This document shows positions 36,975-45,881 of a stretch of 58,609 nucleotides of DNA, one piece after another. The notes under the pieces are model-generated. The model was not told the origin of the DNA. It saw only the letters and a program-made list of their open reading frames with translations, and ran no database searches. Source of the DNA: a virus (Duplodnaviria > Heunggongvirae > Uroviricota > Caudoviricetes); the IMG/VR virus record IMGVR_UViG_3300027759_003944; one strand, written 5' to 3'. The number at the start of each line of letters is the position of its first letter. Positions within the stretch are counted from its first letter, which is position 1. The translations under genes were made by a program, and so were the position numbers.

Positions 36975-37000
36975 ACAGGGACTTCGGTCCCTGTTTTTTT
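36975..37000 (+). terminator. Rho-independent terminator with cUUCGg tetraloop
   Basis: ACAGGGAC-TTCG-GTCCCTGT followed by T-run. Confidence 0.92.
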
Positions 37001-37027
37001 GACTTGCGTTTGCAGATGTGTTACTAT
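36999..37027 (+). promoter_or_regulatory. Sigma70-type promoter (probably leaderless)
   Basis: TTGACT-17 nt-TACTAT; ATG 7 nt downstream. Confidence 0.6.
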
Positions 37028-37034
37028 ATACAAT

Positions 37035-37589
37035 ATGCACTTCGCACCTCCGAAAAAGCAAATTGTAGTTCAGCCGTCTCAAGCACTGTATAAATGGTCC
37101 AGCATCTTTAACCGATTGCAAAGAAACTTTTTTACAGAGCCAGTTGAACTACGGCGCGAACGTCAAATACGTGACTTCATAACACTCAATGGCTACCGAC
37201 AAATACGTTTCAAAACAGACACAGATGTGTTTGGAGATTTGCCTAGAGTAGAGCACAGTGCCATAGCTGACCTTGTGGTGATAACAGATCAAAAGTTCAG
37301 CAGATATCCTTGTACCGCTATCATTGAAAAGATACAATGGCATTTAGAGCAGTGCCCGGCATTGTACTTGTGCTTGAACAGACACTACATCAACATAGAC
37401 AACAGTTATCATGACACTGCATTGGACAGCGAGTTTACCTTGGCCATAACACAGTGGTTGAAAAACAGTTTGCCCGGCGTGGATGTTGTTGATTTGAGTT
37501 TGAACTATTTAGACACTGGCCAGCAGTTCTCTTGGGCAGTGCCAGATCGACACTATTTTATCAGGAAACTCAATGACCAAACTAGTTGA
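37035..37589 (+). CDS. Hypothetical protein
   Basis: Start MHFAPPKKQ chosen downstream of the terminator and promoter. Confidence 0.7.
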   Translation: MHFAPPKKQIVVQPSQALYKWSSIFNRLQRNFFTEPVELRRERQIRDFITLNGYRQIRFKTDTDVFGDLPRVEHSAIADLVVITDQKFSRYPCTAIIEKIQWHLEQCPALYLCLNRHYINIDNSYHDTALDSEFTLAITQWLKNSLPGVDVVDLSLNYLDTGQQFSWAVPDRHYFIRKLNDQTS

Positions 37590-38259
37590 GTTCTTTGATC
37601 AGCAGCCTATCAAAACAGATTGGAAAACGCAGTACATTAGATACAGACTGGGTAGACTCAAACATCAATACTGGTTGTGGAACAGAAAGAATCCTGACCA
37701 GGCTTTGATTGATCAGTATGATTATGCTATACTACGCAACTGCCAGCCTGGCCGCACAGTGTTCTTTGCCAGTGCCGGATACTACTTGAAAGACATTTGG
37801 CCTGAAATAGAGTCGGTAGAAATGCATCCTGTGGTCAAAACATTTTATTCCTCAGTGCATGTATGCACTCGTGAGCAGTTAAAGGATTTGCCTTGGCGAG
37901 CAGATAACTTTGCAGTGGTAAACAATCGTGCAGACCATTGGGTCACAGTAGATGGATTGACTGCGCATCTTGAACATTACTGTGGTGTTATGAATCCAGG
38001 GTGCAGAGTGTTTTACAGTTTTAGAGACACACAAATACACATCAATCGATTGACCACAGATATGGAATCAGTGTTCTTGACCTGGGCACAAGGTCTTGAA
38101 AGTATAGGTTTAAAGTTGGTGTGGCACAGCATTGGCTTTGATCGCAAAGTGCCAGATCAGCATGGCTATTATGATCAATTTGAGAACCCAGATACCACAA
38201 ACGGCAACTTGAAGTTCTGGTTCGTGTACAAAGGAGTCCCTTGGAGAGTGGAACCATGA
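37573..38259 (+). CDS. Hypothetical protein (possibly degenerate methyltransferase fold)
   Basis: 228 aa; TVFFASAGYY...SVE...MNPGCRVF. Confidence 0.6.
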   Translation: MTKLVEFFDQQPIKTDWKTQYIRYRLGRLKHQYWLWNRKNPDQALIDQYDYAILRNCQPGRTVFFASAGYYLKDIWPEIESVEMHPVVKTFYSSVHVCTREQLKDLPWRADNFAVVNNRADHWVTVDGLTAHLEHYCGVMNPGCRVFYSFRDTQIHINRLTTDMESVFLTWAQGLESIGLKLVWHSIGFDRKVPDQHGYYDQFENPDTTNGNLKFWFVYKGVPWRVEP

Positions 38260-38780
38260 ACATAATCTGTTATACGGGAGGCACCTGTGGTGATGTGATT
38301 ACAGCATTGTTTGACAACACAGGCGCATATTATCGAGGCAATACTGTGATGATTGACGCTGATCGTTCACGGCTTAAAAAACCGCATGAGTTTGCTAACA
38401 ATATCGACAAGGATCAATACCTTGTGGAAATGGCCACTAAATATCAATCCATCCCAAGCCATGATTTGGCATATCATGCGCTTAGACAGCACGAGTTCAT
38501 AGGCGTTACTGTGCATGATTGGGCAGTGGCATTATGGGCAGCCCAACGTTTTAAAGATTTACATCGACCGCATGTGTGGACAGAAATGTTTGTGGCCTGT
38601 GGTGCTGACACAGTAGAAGACTATGCACAAATGATGTTGGATTTTTCCGATCTTATTGTGCAACATACCAACAAGATTGTAACATTGGAATCCATACGTG
38701 CAGGTACTGCACTACAGAATCCCATATTAGAAAACGCCAACACAAACTTTTACAACACCTGGCTACAATTACAACTATGA
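38256..38780 (+). CDS. Hypothetical protein (P-loop/sulfotransferase-like start)
   Basis: MNIICYTGGTCGD; ATGA overlaps. Confidence 0.6.
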   Translation: MNIICYTGGTCGDVITALFDNTGAYYRGNTVMIDADRSRLKKPHEFANNIDKDQYLVEMATKYQSIPSHDLAYHALRQHEFIGVTVHDWAVALWAAQRFKDLHRPHVWTEMFVACGADTVEDYAQMMLDFSDLIVQHTNKIVTLESIRAGTALQNPILENANTNFYNTWLQLQL

Positions 38781-39904
38781 CATTTTGTCACGCACCCTGG
38801 ACCAATTTAGAGATACTCCCCACTGGAGAGATATTGCCGTGTTGTAAATTTGAAAGTCGTGAGTATCCTCAGACCTTTAATATACAGCACCATAACATAG
38901 ATGACTACAGGCAAAGTGCAATGTTGTCCACAGTCAAACAGCAATTTCAAACAGGTGTGTGGCCCACAGGCTGCGAACGTTGTCAAATTGAAGAACAAAG
39001 TGGCATTGAAAGCAAACGTCAACTGGATTACACTAGATGGCAACACCACTACAACAACTATGACCTTGGCAGCGATGATTTATTGACTGTGAGTTTGGCG
39101 TTGGGCAATACTTGCAATTTAAAGTGTATCATTTGCGGTCCGGCTGCATCCAGTAAATGGATCAAAGAATACAAAGATGTGTATGGCATACAAGTTCAAA
39201 ACATTGAAAGTGTTCGGAAAGATTTAATCAACAATATCACCAGCATTGCTCCTAACTTGATACACATAGACATGCATGGCGGCGAACCTATGTTGTCCAA
39301 TATAGAACAACATCAAGCATTGTTAGATCATTATATACAAACAGGGCAAGCAAAGAATATTTCTATTCATTATACCACCAATGCTACAATTTTTCCTGAT
39401 GCTGATTGGTTAGATAGATGGAAGAATTTTGCTGAAATTGATTTGCAGTTGAGTATTGATGGCATAGGCAATCGATACGAATATCTAAGATATCCAGCAG
39501 ACTGGAATACGTTAAACAACCATGCAGATCAATATCTCCAATTACAACAACAAGAATCAAACATCAAACTCAGTGTTGCGCATGCTGTGAGTGCATTCAA
39601 TGTATTTTATATAGAAGAATTTGTAGTATGGTGTCAGCAAAAAGGACTGCCTAGACCTTGGATGGGCAAAGTACATACTCCTGCTTTGCTAAGACCTTCA
39701 GTTTGGTATGAACCGGCCAAGTTGGTTATTGTAAATAAATTGCAATCAAGTATAATTGAAGATGTGCGCACCTGGGCAAATCTAATGCAGAACACAGATG
39801 ACAGCAATTTGTTTGAACAATTCAAACAGTTTGTACAACGGCACGACCAATATAGAAATTTAGATTTTAAAAACACTTTCCCCGACCTGGCCCAATACAC
39901 ATGA
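38777..39904 (+). CDS. Radical SAM protein with N-terminal twitch-like domain (#5)
   Basis: FCHAPW...PCC...CERC; CNLKCIIC; HGGEP; YTTNAT; SIDG; YLRYP. Confidence 0.9.
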   Translation: MTFCHAPWTNLEILPTGEILPCCKFESREYPQTFNIQHHNIDDYRQSAMLSTVKQQFQTGVWPTGCERCQIEEQSGIESKRQLDYTRWQHHYNNYDLGSDDLLTVSLALGNTCNLKCIICGPAASSKWIKEYKDVYGIQVQNIESVRKDLINNITSIAPNLIHIDMHGGEPMLSNIEQHQALLDHYIQTGQAKNISIHYTTNATIFPDADWLDRWKNFAEIDLQLSIDGIGNRYEYLRYPADWNTLNNHADQYLQLQQQESNIKLSVAHAVSAFNVFYIEEFVVWCQQKGLPRPWMGKVHTPALLRPSVWYEPAKLVIVNKLQSSIIEDVRTWANLMQNTDDSNLFEQFKQFVQRHDQYRNLDFKNTFPDLAQYT

Positions 39905-41370
39905 AACAATGCACCATACAAATACGTGATGAAGTAAACATCAAGATTGAAGGCCTGGACTTGGATGCCCGCAAGGCTTTAGTCAATGCTTTCAAATATG
40001 AAAACCCTGCCGCACGTTATTTGCCAGCAGTACGACTGGGACGGTGGGACGGCAAGGTAGCATACTTCCAACTAGGCGGATCAACTTATGTAAACTTGTT
40101 GCCAGAGATCATGCCCATACTTGAACGGCTTGACTATGACGTTGAATTGGATGATCAGCGCGACTATTCAAACACATTCAACTTTGAGCAGGTGTCAGAA
40201 ACAAGTTTTGCACACGTGAAGTGGCCCAAAACACATCCGGCCGCAGGCGAGCCCATTATGTTGCGTGACTATCAAGTGGAGATCATCAACAACTTCCTGG
40301 CCAATCCACAATGCATACAGGAAGTGGCCACAGGTGCAGGTAAGACCATAATGACAGCGGCACTAAGCAATGCTGTCACACCATATGGCCGTAGCATTGT
40401 TATTGTACCCAACAAAAGCCTTGTGACGCAGACCGAAGCTGACTATATCAACATGCAACAAGATGTTGGTGTGTACTTTGGTGATCGTAAAGAATACGGC
40501 CGTCAACATACCATATGCACATGGCAGAGCCTAAACAACTTGTTGAAGAACACCAAAGCCGGAGTAGGCGACTGCACCATTGGTGAGTTTTTGGAAGATG
40601 TGGTGTGCGTGATTGTAGACGAAGTACACATGGCCAAGGCAGATGCACTGAAAACCTTGTTGACAGGTGTCATGGCCAGGGTGCCAATTCGCTGGGGATT
40701 GACAGGAACTGTGCCCAAAGAGAAGTTTGAAAGTCAAGCATTACTTGTGAGTCTTGGTCCTGTAATTGGTCGACTCAGTGCTAGTGAACTACAACAACAA
40801 GGTGTGTTAGCCAACTGTCATGTGAACATTGTGCAGTTGATTGATCATGTGGAATACAAAGACTATCAAAGTGAGCTCAAATATTTGCTAGAAGAGTCTG
40901 GCCGACTGGACACCATGGCGGACCTTGTGCGGCAAGTGAATGAAACAGGCAACACCTTGGTGCTGGTGGACCGTACCGAGTGCGGTAGGCAACTGGTTGC
41001 AAGGCTAGGGGACAAAGCAGTATTTGTTTCAGGTGCCACAAAAGGAACAAAGAGACAAGCAGAATATGATGAAGTGGCAGATGCAGTTGATAAAATCATT
41101 GTAGCAACTTATGGCGTTGCTGCCGTGGGTATTAATATTCCTAGGATTTTTAATCTGGTGCTTGTCGAGCCTGGTAAGAGTTTTGTGCGGGTGATTCAGT
41201 CGATTGGTCGTGGCATACGCAAAGCAGAAGACAAAGACCATGTTCAAATCTGGGACGTGACAAGCACTTGTAAGTTTGCCAAACGTCACTTGACCAAGCG
41301 CAAACAGTTCTACCGAGAAGCCAACTATCCTTTCACACAAGAGAAACTGGATTGGATGAAGTTAGGTTGA
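39901..41370 (+). CDS. uvsW: SF2 DNA helicase
   Basis: LRDYQ, ATGAGKT, VDEVH, GLTGT, QSIGRGIR. Confidence 0.9.
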   Translation: MKQCTIQIRDEVNIKIEGLDLDARKALVNAFKYENPAARYLPAVRLGRWDGKVAYFQLGGSTYVNLLPEIMPILERLDYDVELDDQRDYSNTFNFEQVSETSFAHVKWPKTHPAAGEPIMLRDYQVEIINNFLANPQCIQEVATGAGKTIMTAALSNAVTPYGRSIVIVPNKSLVTQTEADYINMQQDVGVYFGDRKEYGRQHTICTWQSLNNLLKNTKAGVGDCTIGEFLEDVVCVIVDEVHMAKADALKTLLTGVMARVPIRWGLTGTVPKEKFESQALLVSLGPVIGRLSASELQQQGVLANCHVNIVQLIDHVEYKDYQSELKYLLEESGRLDTMADLVRQVNETGNTLVLVDRTECGRQLVARLGDKAVFVSGATKGTKRQAEYDEVADAVDKIIVATYGVAAVGINIPRIFNLVLVEPGKSFVRVIQSIGRGIRKAEDKDHVQIWDVTSTCKFAKRHLTKRKQFYREANYPFTQEKLDWMKLG

Positions 41371-41395
41371 CTTTTGTCACACAACAGTATATTAT
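41367..41395 (+). promoter_or_regulatory. Sigma70-type promoter (probably leaderless)
   Basis: TTGACT-17 nt-TATTAT; ATG 6 nt downstream. Confidence 0.6.
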
Positions 41396-41401
41396 AACAA
41401 C

Positions 41402-41902
41402 ATGCGAATTTTAACCTTAGACAATATTCATTACGACCTAGATCATTTGCCCGAAGAAGTAGATGACATGCGGTTTGCCATATTAGACAACAGCAACCCA
41501 CAAGAGCCAGACTATCTTTTTATTCCCTTGATCTTTTTGGAAAGTTTTAATGCCCCTGCACTGGTACTACGCATTGGTGAGAACACCATCAAGATGCCCA
41601 TGGACTGGCAAATACTCATTGGTGAACCCGAAGTAGGTGACTTGGAAGTATTGCCCCTTACATCAATCAACGATCGTGGATTCCGAGTGTTTCAGTTCAA
41701 CCCACTCACAAGTTTCCGTCCGTCATTCCCGGATATTGAAATTTTAGACGTGTATCATGAAGTATCGTGGTATGCACCCAAACTAAAGAATGGCCAGTTG
41801 TTGTCCGTACCATTGAATGATGATCCAGATCCAGACTGTGTGTACTTTGTGAAAGACATCAGTCGCAACTGTGAAATAGTAGACTACAACAAGGCTTGGT
41901 AA
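41402..41902 (+). CDS. Hypothetical protein
   Basis: 166 aa beta-rich ORF following uvsW. Confidence 0.75.
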   Translation: MRILTLDNIHYDLDHLPEEVDDMRFAILDNSNPQEPDYLFIPLIFLESFNAPALVLRIGENTIKMPMDWQILIGEPEVGDLEVLPLTSINDRGFRVFQFNPLTSFRPSFPDIEILDVYHEVSWYAPKLKNGQLLSVPLNDDPDPDCVYFVKDISRNCEIVDYNKAW

Positions 41903-41903
41903 C

Positions 41904-42050
41904 ATGGCATATACCGAACCTCAAATTTTTGAAATAATCAATCGTTTGGCCAAGATCTATTTGGAAAGTTATCCAGAAGATCAGGCGGGCTTAGAAAGAT
42001 TCCTTCGCTGGGCACACAATCAATATGGCTACAAGTATGGGAACTCTTAA
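41904..42050 (+). CDS. Small hypothetical protein (48 aa)
   Basis: MAYTEPQIFEIINRLAKIY...YKYGNS*; fills the gap; not in ORF track. Confidence 0.6.
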   Translation: MAYTEPQIFEIINRLAKIYLESYPEDQAGLERFLRWAHNQYGYKYGNS

Positions 42051-42336
42051 GCCCGGCGCCACCTACATTTACGAACGTGTGGGCAACGAAGTGTACGCAC
42101 GTGAATGGGGCGCTGATCCCAGTACCAGACAACTCATGGGTTACGGATACGATCCTGTGACTGGACACCAAATTGATTATACCAAACAAACATCAGATGG
42201 AGATAGATTGTTTGACCGTCTGCAGGAAGATAAAATGTGGGGCGACATACGGCGACTGGCTAAAACCACGCCTGCTTTACAAGACGCCCTAGAACGTGCT
42301 ATAGTAATATACAAACTAATCAAAGTAGACAAGTGA
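42037..42336 (+). CDS. Hypothetical protein
   Basis: MGTLKPGATYIYER...; operon packing. Confidence 0.7.
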   Translation: MGTLKPGATYIYERVGNEVYAREWGADPSTRQLMGYGYDPVTGHQIDYTKQTSDGDRLFDRLQEDKMWGDIRRLAKTTPALQDALERAIVIYKLIKVDK

Positions 42337-42785
42337 GCGATAAACTAAACATTGTGAATGAGATGCGACAACTGGATCGCAAAAACAGACATTTCTATCG
42401 TGATCTCACAGATGAGGAAAAGAAAAAATTCAGTAACTATCTCATGATTCGCTGGGCAAGCTGTGTGGAAGGTTCCAAAGAGATGCAAGAGTTTTATTTG
42501 ATCTCCACCAACGAACGACTGAACAAACACTTTTTCAACATCAATCGACATCCTGAACTGCAATGGTTGTGTGCCACTGCTATAAGTCCTGACATGGGTA
42601 CACCCAGACACAACTGGATCTCGCCCAAGAAGAAAGAAACAGGCGCAGGAGCAAGTGCCATCAAAAAGCAACTGGCAGAATTGTTTCCCACATACAAAGA
42701 AGATGAAATAGCCATGCTGGCCGCAATGACCACAAAGAAAGAACTTGATCAATACATCCGAGACCATGGCCGAGACACTAAGTGA
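42333..42785 (+). CDS. Clamp loader small subunit (gp62-like)
   Basis: FSNYLMIRWAS...LNKHFF...HPELQW...WISPKKK...ELFP; replication context. Confidence 0.6.
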   Translation: MSDKLNIVNEMRQLDRKNRHFYRDLTDEEKKKFSNYLMIRWASCVEGSKEMQEFYLISTNERLNKHFFNINRHPELQWLCATAISPDMGTPRHNWISPKKKETGAGASAIKKQLAELFPTYKEDEIAMLAAMTTKKELDQYIRDHGRDTK

Positions 42786-43455
42786 ACTCACTTGCGGCTA
42801 CTGCAAGAAAACATTCAGACGTGCAGAAAGTCTTGTGGTGCATTTGTGTGAGCCCAAGCGTCGCAGATCGGAAAGATCCGAGCGTGGTGTTGAGCTGGGA
42901 TTTCAATCTTACTTGAGATTCTATGAGATTGCACAAGGATCCGCCCGACTCAAAACATTTGATGACTTTGCAGACAGCCCTTACTACCGGGCCTTTGTAA
43001 AGTTTGGTAGATACTGTGTGGCCACTCGGGCAATCAATCCCAGACAGTTCACAGAGTGGTTGCTCAAGCACAACAAAAAAATTGACAACTGGGGATCGGA
43101 TAAAATCTACACTGAGTATTTGTTGGACTATTTGAAGGTGGAAGCTGTGGCAGATGCCTTGGCACGAGCAGTGGAGTTTGGCATAGACTGGAGTGAAAAA
43201 CACACAGCACCGCCCAATGATTGTTTGCGGTATGGCAGCAGTCACGCCATGTGCCATGCTATCACAACAGGACGCATCAGTCCCTGGGTTATATACAACT
43301 CAGAGTCGGGGCAGAAGTTCTTGGGTGAACTCACAGCAGATCAAGTGGCCATGATATGGCCTTACATAGATTCAGACATATGGCAAAAGAAGTTTGCAGA
43401 CTATGCCGCAGATGCTGAATACGCAAAACTAATATTGAAACAAGCAGGATGGTAA
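42766..43455 (+). CDS. Hypothetical protein with N-terminal C2HC zinc finger
   Basis: CGYCKKTF...HLC. Confidence 0.7.
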   Translation: MAETLSELTCGYCKKTFRRAESLVVHLCEPKRRRSERSERGVELGFQSYLRFYEIAQGSARLKTFDDFADSPYYRAFVKFGRYCVATRAINPRQFTEWLLKHNKKIDNWGSDKIYTEYLLDYLKVEAVADALARAVEFGIDWSEKHTAPPNDCLRYGSSHAMCHAITTGRISPWVIYNSESGQKFLGELTADQVAMIWPYIDSDIWQKKFADYAADAEYAKLILKQAGW

Positions 43456-43456
43456 T

Positions 43457-43816
43457 ATGATCAAATCAATAATGAGCATGGGCAAGCACATCATGGTGGG
43501 TGGTGGCAACAGTGCCAGCAACTACATCAACACTGGTGCTGGCATGATGGGTGTGGGTGACCTACGATTCAACACCAGCACTCAGCAGATTGAATTTTAT
43601 AACGGGCAGAATTGGCAAACATTTATTATGGCACAGGCCACTGTGGGGCTCGCTGGCACAGCCGAAACAGCTATTGACTGGGCACTGGACAAAATGGAAC
43701 AAGAAAAGGAAGCACGTGCCATGGCTGAACAGTATCCTGCTGTGGCAGATGCCATGGGTGCTGTTCATGAAGCCGAACAGCAATTGAAAATGGTTGTGGC
43801 GCTGTGTAGAACATGA
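43457..43816 (+). CDS. Hypothetical protein
   Basis: GDLRFNTSTQQIEFYNGQNW motif plus coiled coil. Confidence 0.7.
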   Translation: MIKSIMSMGKHIMVGGGNSASNYINTGAGMMGVGDLRFNTSTQQIEFYNGQNWQTFIMAQATVGLAGTAETAIDWALDKMEQEKEARAMAEQYPAVADAMGAVHEAEQQLKMVVALCRT

Positions 43817-44391
43817 GCGCAGATATTGACATCGACGTTCCGGATCGATCTAAGATATTAGAACTGATCCGTCATACGCCTGCTAGACAGGTTGTGGATG
43901 GTCGGCCGCGGCGACATAATTCTGGTATCTACATCACAGACATTCCCCAAGATCCAGAACATGGTTGTGCAGCCATAGACTATGAAACTGCGGAACAGCG
44001 TGGTTATTTTAAAATTGACTTGTTGAACATGAGTGTGTATCAGTTGATCCAGGATCCTGCACACTACGAAGCCATGTTGTCAGCAACACCTCCATGGTCA
44101 AGACTATGGACCGACAGACCCTGGGCCTCTCAGTTGGTTCACGTGGGCAACTACGTGGATTTGATGGTGGCAATGCAACCTGACTCGATACCCAGGATGG
44201 CTGCTTTTATATCAATCATTAGACCAGGCAAAGCACATTTACAGCGGAAGCCTTGGTCGGAAGTGTTTGAATCAGTGTGGGATGGGGATGAATCGCGTGG
44301 GTATACATTTAAAAAGTCACACGCTGTGAGCTATGCAGCCTTGGTGGCCCTGCACATGAACTTGCTCAATCAAGCCGGCGCACAAGTGTAA
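43813..44391 (+). CDS. Miniature DNA polymerase III alpha (DnaE)-like catalytic fragment
   Basis: ADIDIDV, HNSGIY, GYFKIDLL, IRPG, YTFKKSHAVSYA in only 192 aa. Confidence 0.8.
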   Translation: MSADIDIDVPDRSKILELIRHTPARQVVDGRPRRHNSGIYITDIPQDPEHGCAAIDYETAEQRGYFKIDLLNMSVYQLIQDPAHYEAMLSATPPWSRLWTDRPWASQLVHVGNYVDLMVAMQPDSIPRMAAFISIIRPGKAHLQRKPWSEVFESVWDGDESRGYTFKKSHAVSYAALVALHMNLLNQAGAQV

Positions 44392-44743
44392 TTGACTTGC
44401 GCTTGCTCTTTTTGCGGCTAATATCTATTAGACTGCAAACTGGCCCGTGCAGTATTTCAAGATCTTTGTTGCTGAATGTGCGTAAAGTGAACTTGAACTT
44501 TTCCCAGTCTCTGCGTAAGAATATGTTGATGGGGATACTTCTATTGCTTTCCCACCACCAGGTGTTGGCCAATTCTAAGAATTCCAGCTTGTCATCTTGC
44601 ACAAGCACAGCACCAAAGTCATAGATGGTTGTGACAGCATCGTCTCTGTTTTGAACTACTCCGATATACTCATTGCTGGCGTAAACGCAAAGAGTTATAA
44701 AGGGGTATTTTTCCGCCAGTTTTTCAAAGATGTTATTACCCAT
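44366..44743 (-). CDS. Hypothetical protein
   Basis: 125 aa; WWWESNRSIPINIFL; basic C-terminus. Confidence 0.75.
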   Translation of the reverse strand: MGNNIFEKLAEKYPFITLCVYASNEYIGVVQNRDDAVTTIYDFGAVLVQDDKLEFLELANTWWWESNRSIPINIFLRRDWEKFKFTLRTFSNKDLEILHGPVCSLIDISRKKSKRKSITLVRRLD

Positions 44744-44763
44744 AAATACGTTTTGAGGATCCT

Positions 44764-45843
44764 ATGTATTCAACCACCATTTACTTATATCAACAAATCA
44801 TTCGGGTATTATTGATTGACACCAGTGGTGAATACTTTACTGCGAGGTACGACCCAGTGTACGCAAAAACTTTAACTGTCAACAAAGGTGTAGACAACGT
44901 TCTGCTCTTTGAATTTATCAACCAAGACCAAAAACCTGTGGACATCACAGGCAGCACATTCCGCTTTAGATTGCTGAACCAAACTGGTGATAAATTATTA
45001 CTTGAAAAAGACATGACTGTACTTAGCGCCAGTTTGGGACGAGTCAAAGTTGTGTTGGACACAGCAGATACCATTGAAATAGTGGCACAACCCGGCAGTT
45101 ACAGCATTGAGCGCACACAAGGCAATTATGTGCAGGCAGCATTCACGGATGATAATGCTGGTGCCAGAGCCGACTGCAACATTGTGGACTCAGTGTTGCC
45201 TGAGTTCATGCCCAGTCAACCTGTCACAATTCCTACTATAAATGGCAAAAACTCCTGGCCGCAGGCAGGCCCAAGTTCGTGGCCAGACTGGGCACTGAAC
45301 CCACAGCCGTTGAGCAACAATTATCTAACCGAATACTATTCAAGTCATATCAATACCACTGGCGCCAGTTTGACCACAATCAAGTATGATCTAGTGCATT
45401 TTACAGGCACTATCAAAGCACAGGCCGCACAAGATTATGAAGCTGTTTGGGTTGACGTCACATCCAGCACAGAATACTTTGACGAAACTGGTACATTTTA
45501 TTTGAATGTTGTGGGATTCCATCCACTACTGCGTTTAGGTATCAACAACAGCCAAGGTTATGGGGCAAGTGCAACTGCCACAGTGGTCAATGGTGTAGTA
45601 ACTGGTATTGCAGTAAACAACGCTGGCACAGGATACATGGCCGCACCTTGTGTTCAAATTCTGGGCAATGGTGCTGGTGCAACTGCTATTGGTGCGCCGT
45701 TTACAGGCCCAAGCGGCATTGGTGCAATTACTGTGACCAATGGCGGATCGGGATACCTTCCTTTGAACTTTGGCGGCACTGAAGCACAGGCTGTAACTGT
45801 GTTGATTACCACTGGCTACGTTACCAATATCTTTTATCGTTAA
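44764..45843 (+). CDS. Virion structural protein (baseplate-associated)
   Basis: NQDQKPVDITG N-terminal domain; C-terminal VTGIAVNNAGTGY..AP repeats; TAAATA at 44743. Confidence 0.6.
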   Translation: MYSTTIYLYQQIIRVLLIDTSGEYFTARYDPVYAKTLTVNKGVDNVLLFEFINQDQKPVDITGSTFRFRLLNQTGDKLLLEKDMTVLSASLGRVKVVLDTADTIEIVAQPGSYSIERTQGNYVQAAFTDDNAGARADCNIVDSVLPEFMPSQPVTIPTINGKNSWPQAGPSSWPDWALNPQPLSNNYLTEYYSSHINTTGASLTTIKYDLVHFTGTIKAQAAQDYEAVWVDVTSSTEYFDETGTFYLNVVGFHPLLRLGINNSQGYGASATATVVNGVVTGIAVNNAGTGYMAAPCVQILGNGAGATAIGAPFTGPSGIGAITVTNGGSGYLPLNFGGTEAQAVTVLITTGYVTNIFYR

Positions 45844-45846
45844 TCG

Positions 45847-45875
45847 TTGCTTTATAGCGCCAACCCTGCTATACT
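45847..45875 (+). promoter_or_regulatory. Sigma70-type promoter of primase (probably leaderless)
   Basis: TTGCTT-17 nt-TATACT; ATG 6 nt downstream. Confidence 0.6.
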
Positions 45876-45881
45876 GTACAG

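Noticed and set aside
36948-37034. ORF-track N-terminal extension of the 213-aa ORF
   Set aside because: It runs through the hairpin, terminator and promoter; ATG at 37035 is the better start
41402-41902. Possible stand-alone Hint-like domain
   Set aside because: Beta-rich pattern only; no N-terminal Cys/Ser or C-terminal His-Asn; needs HHpred
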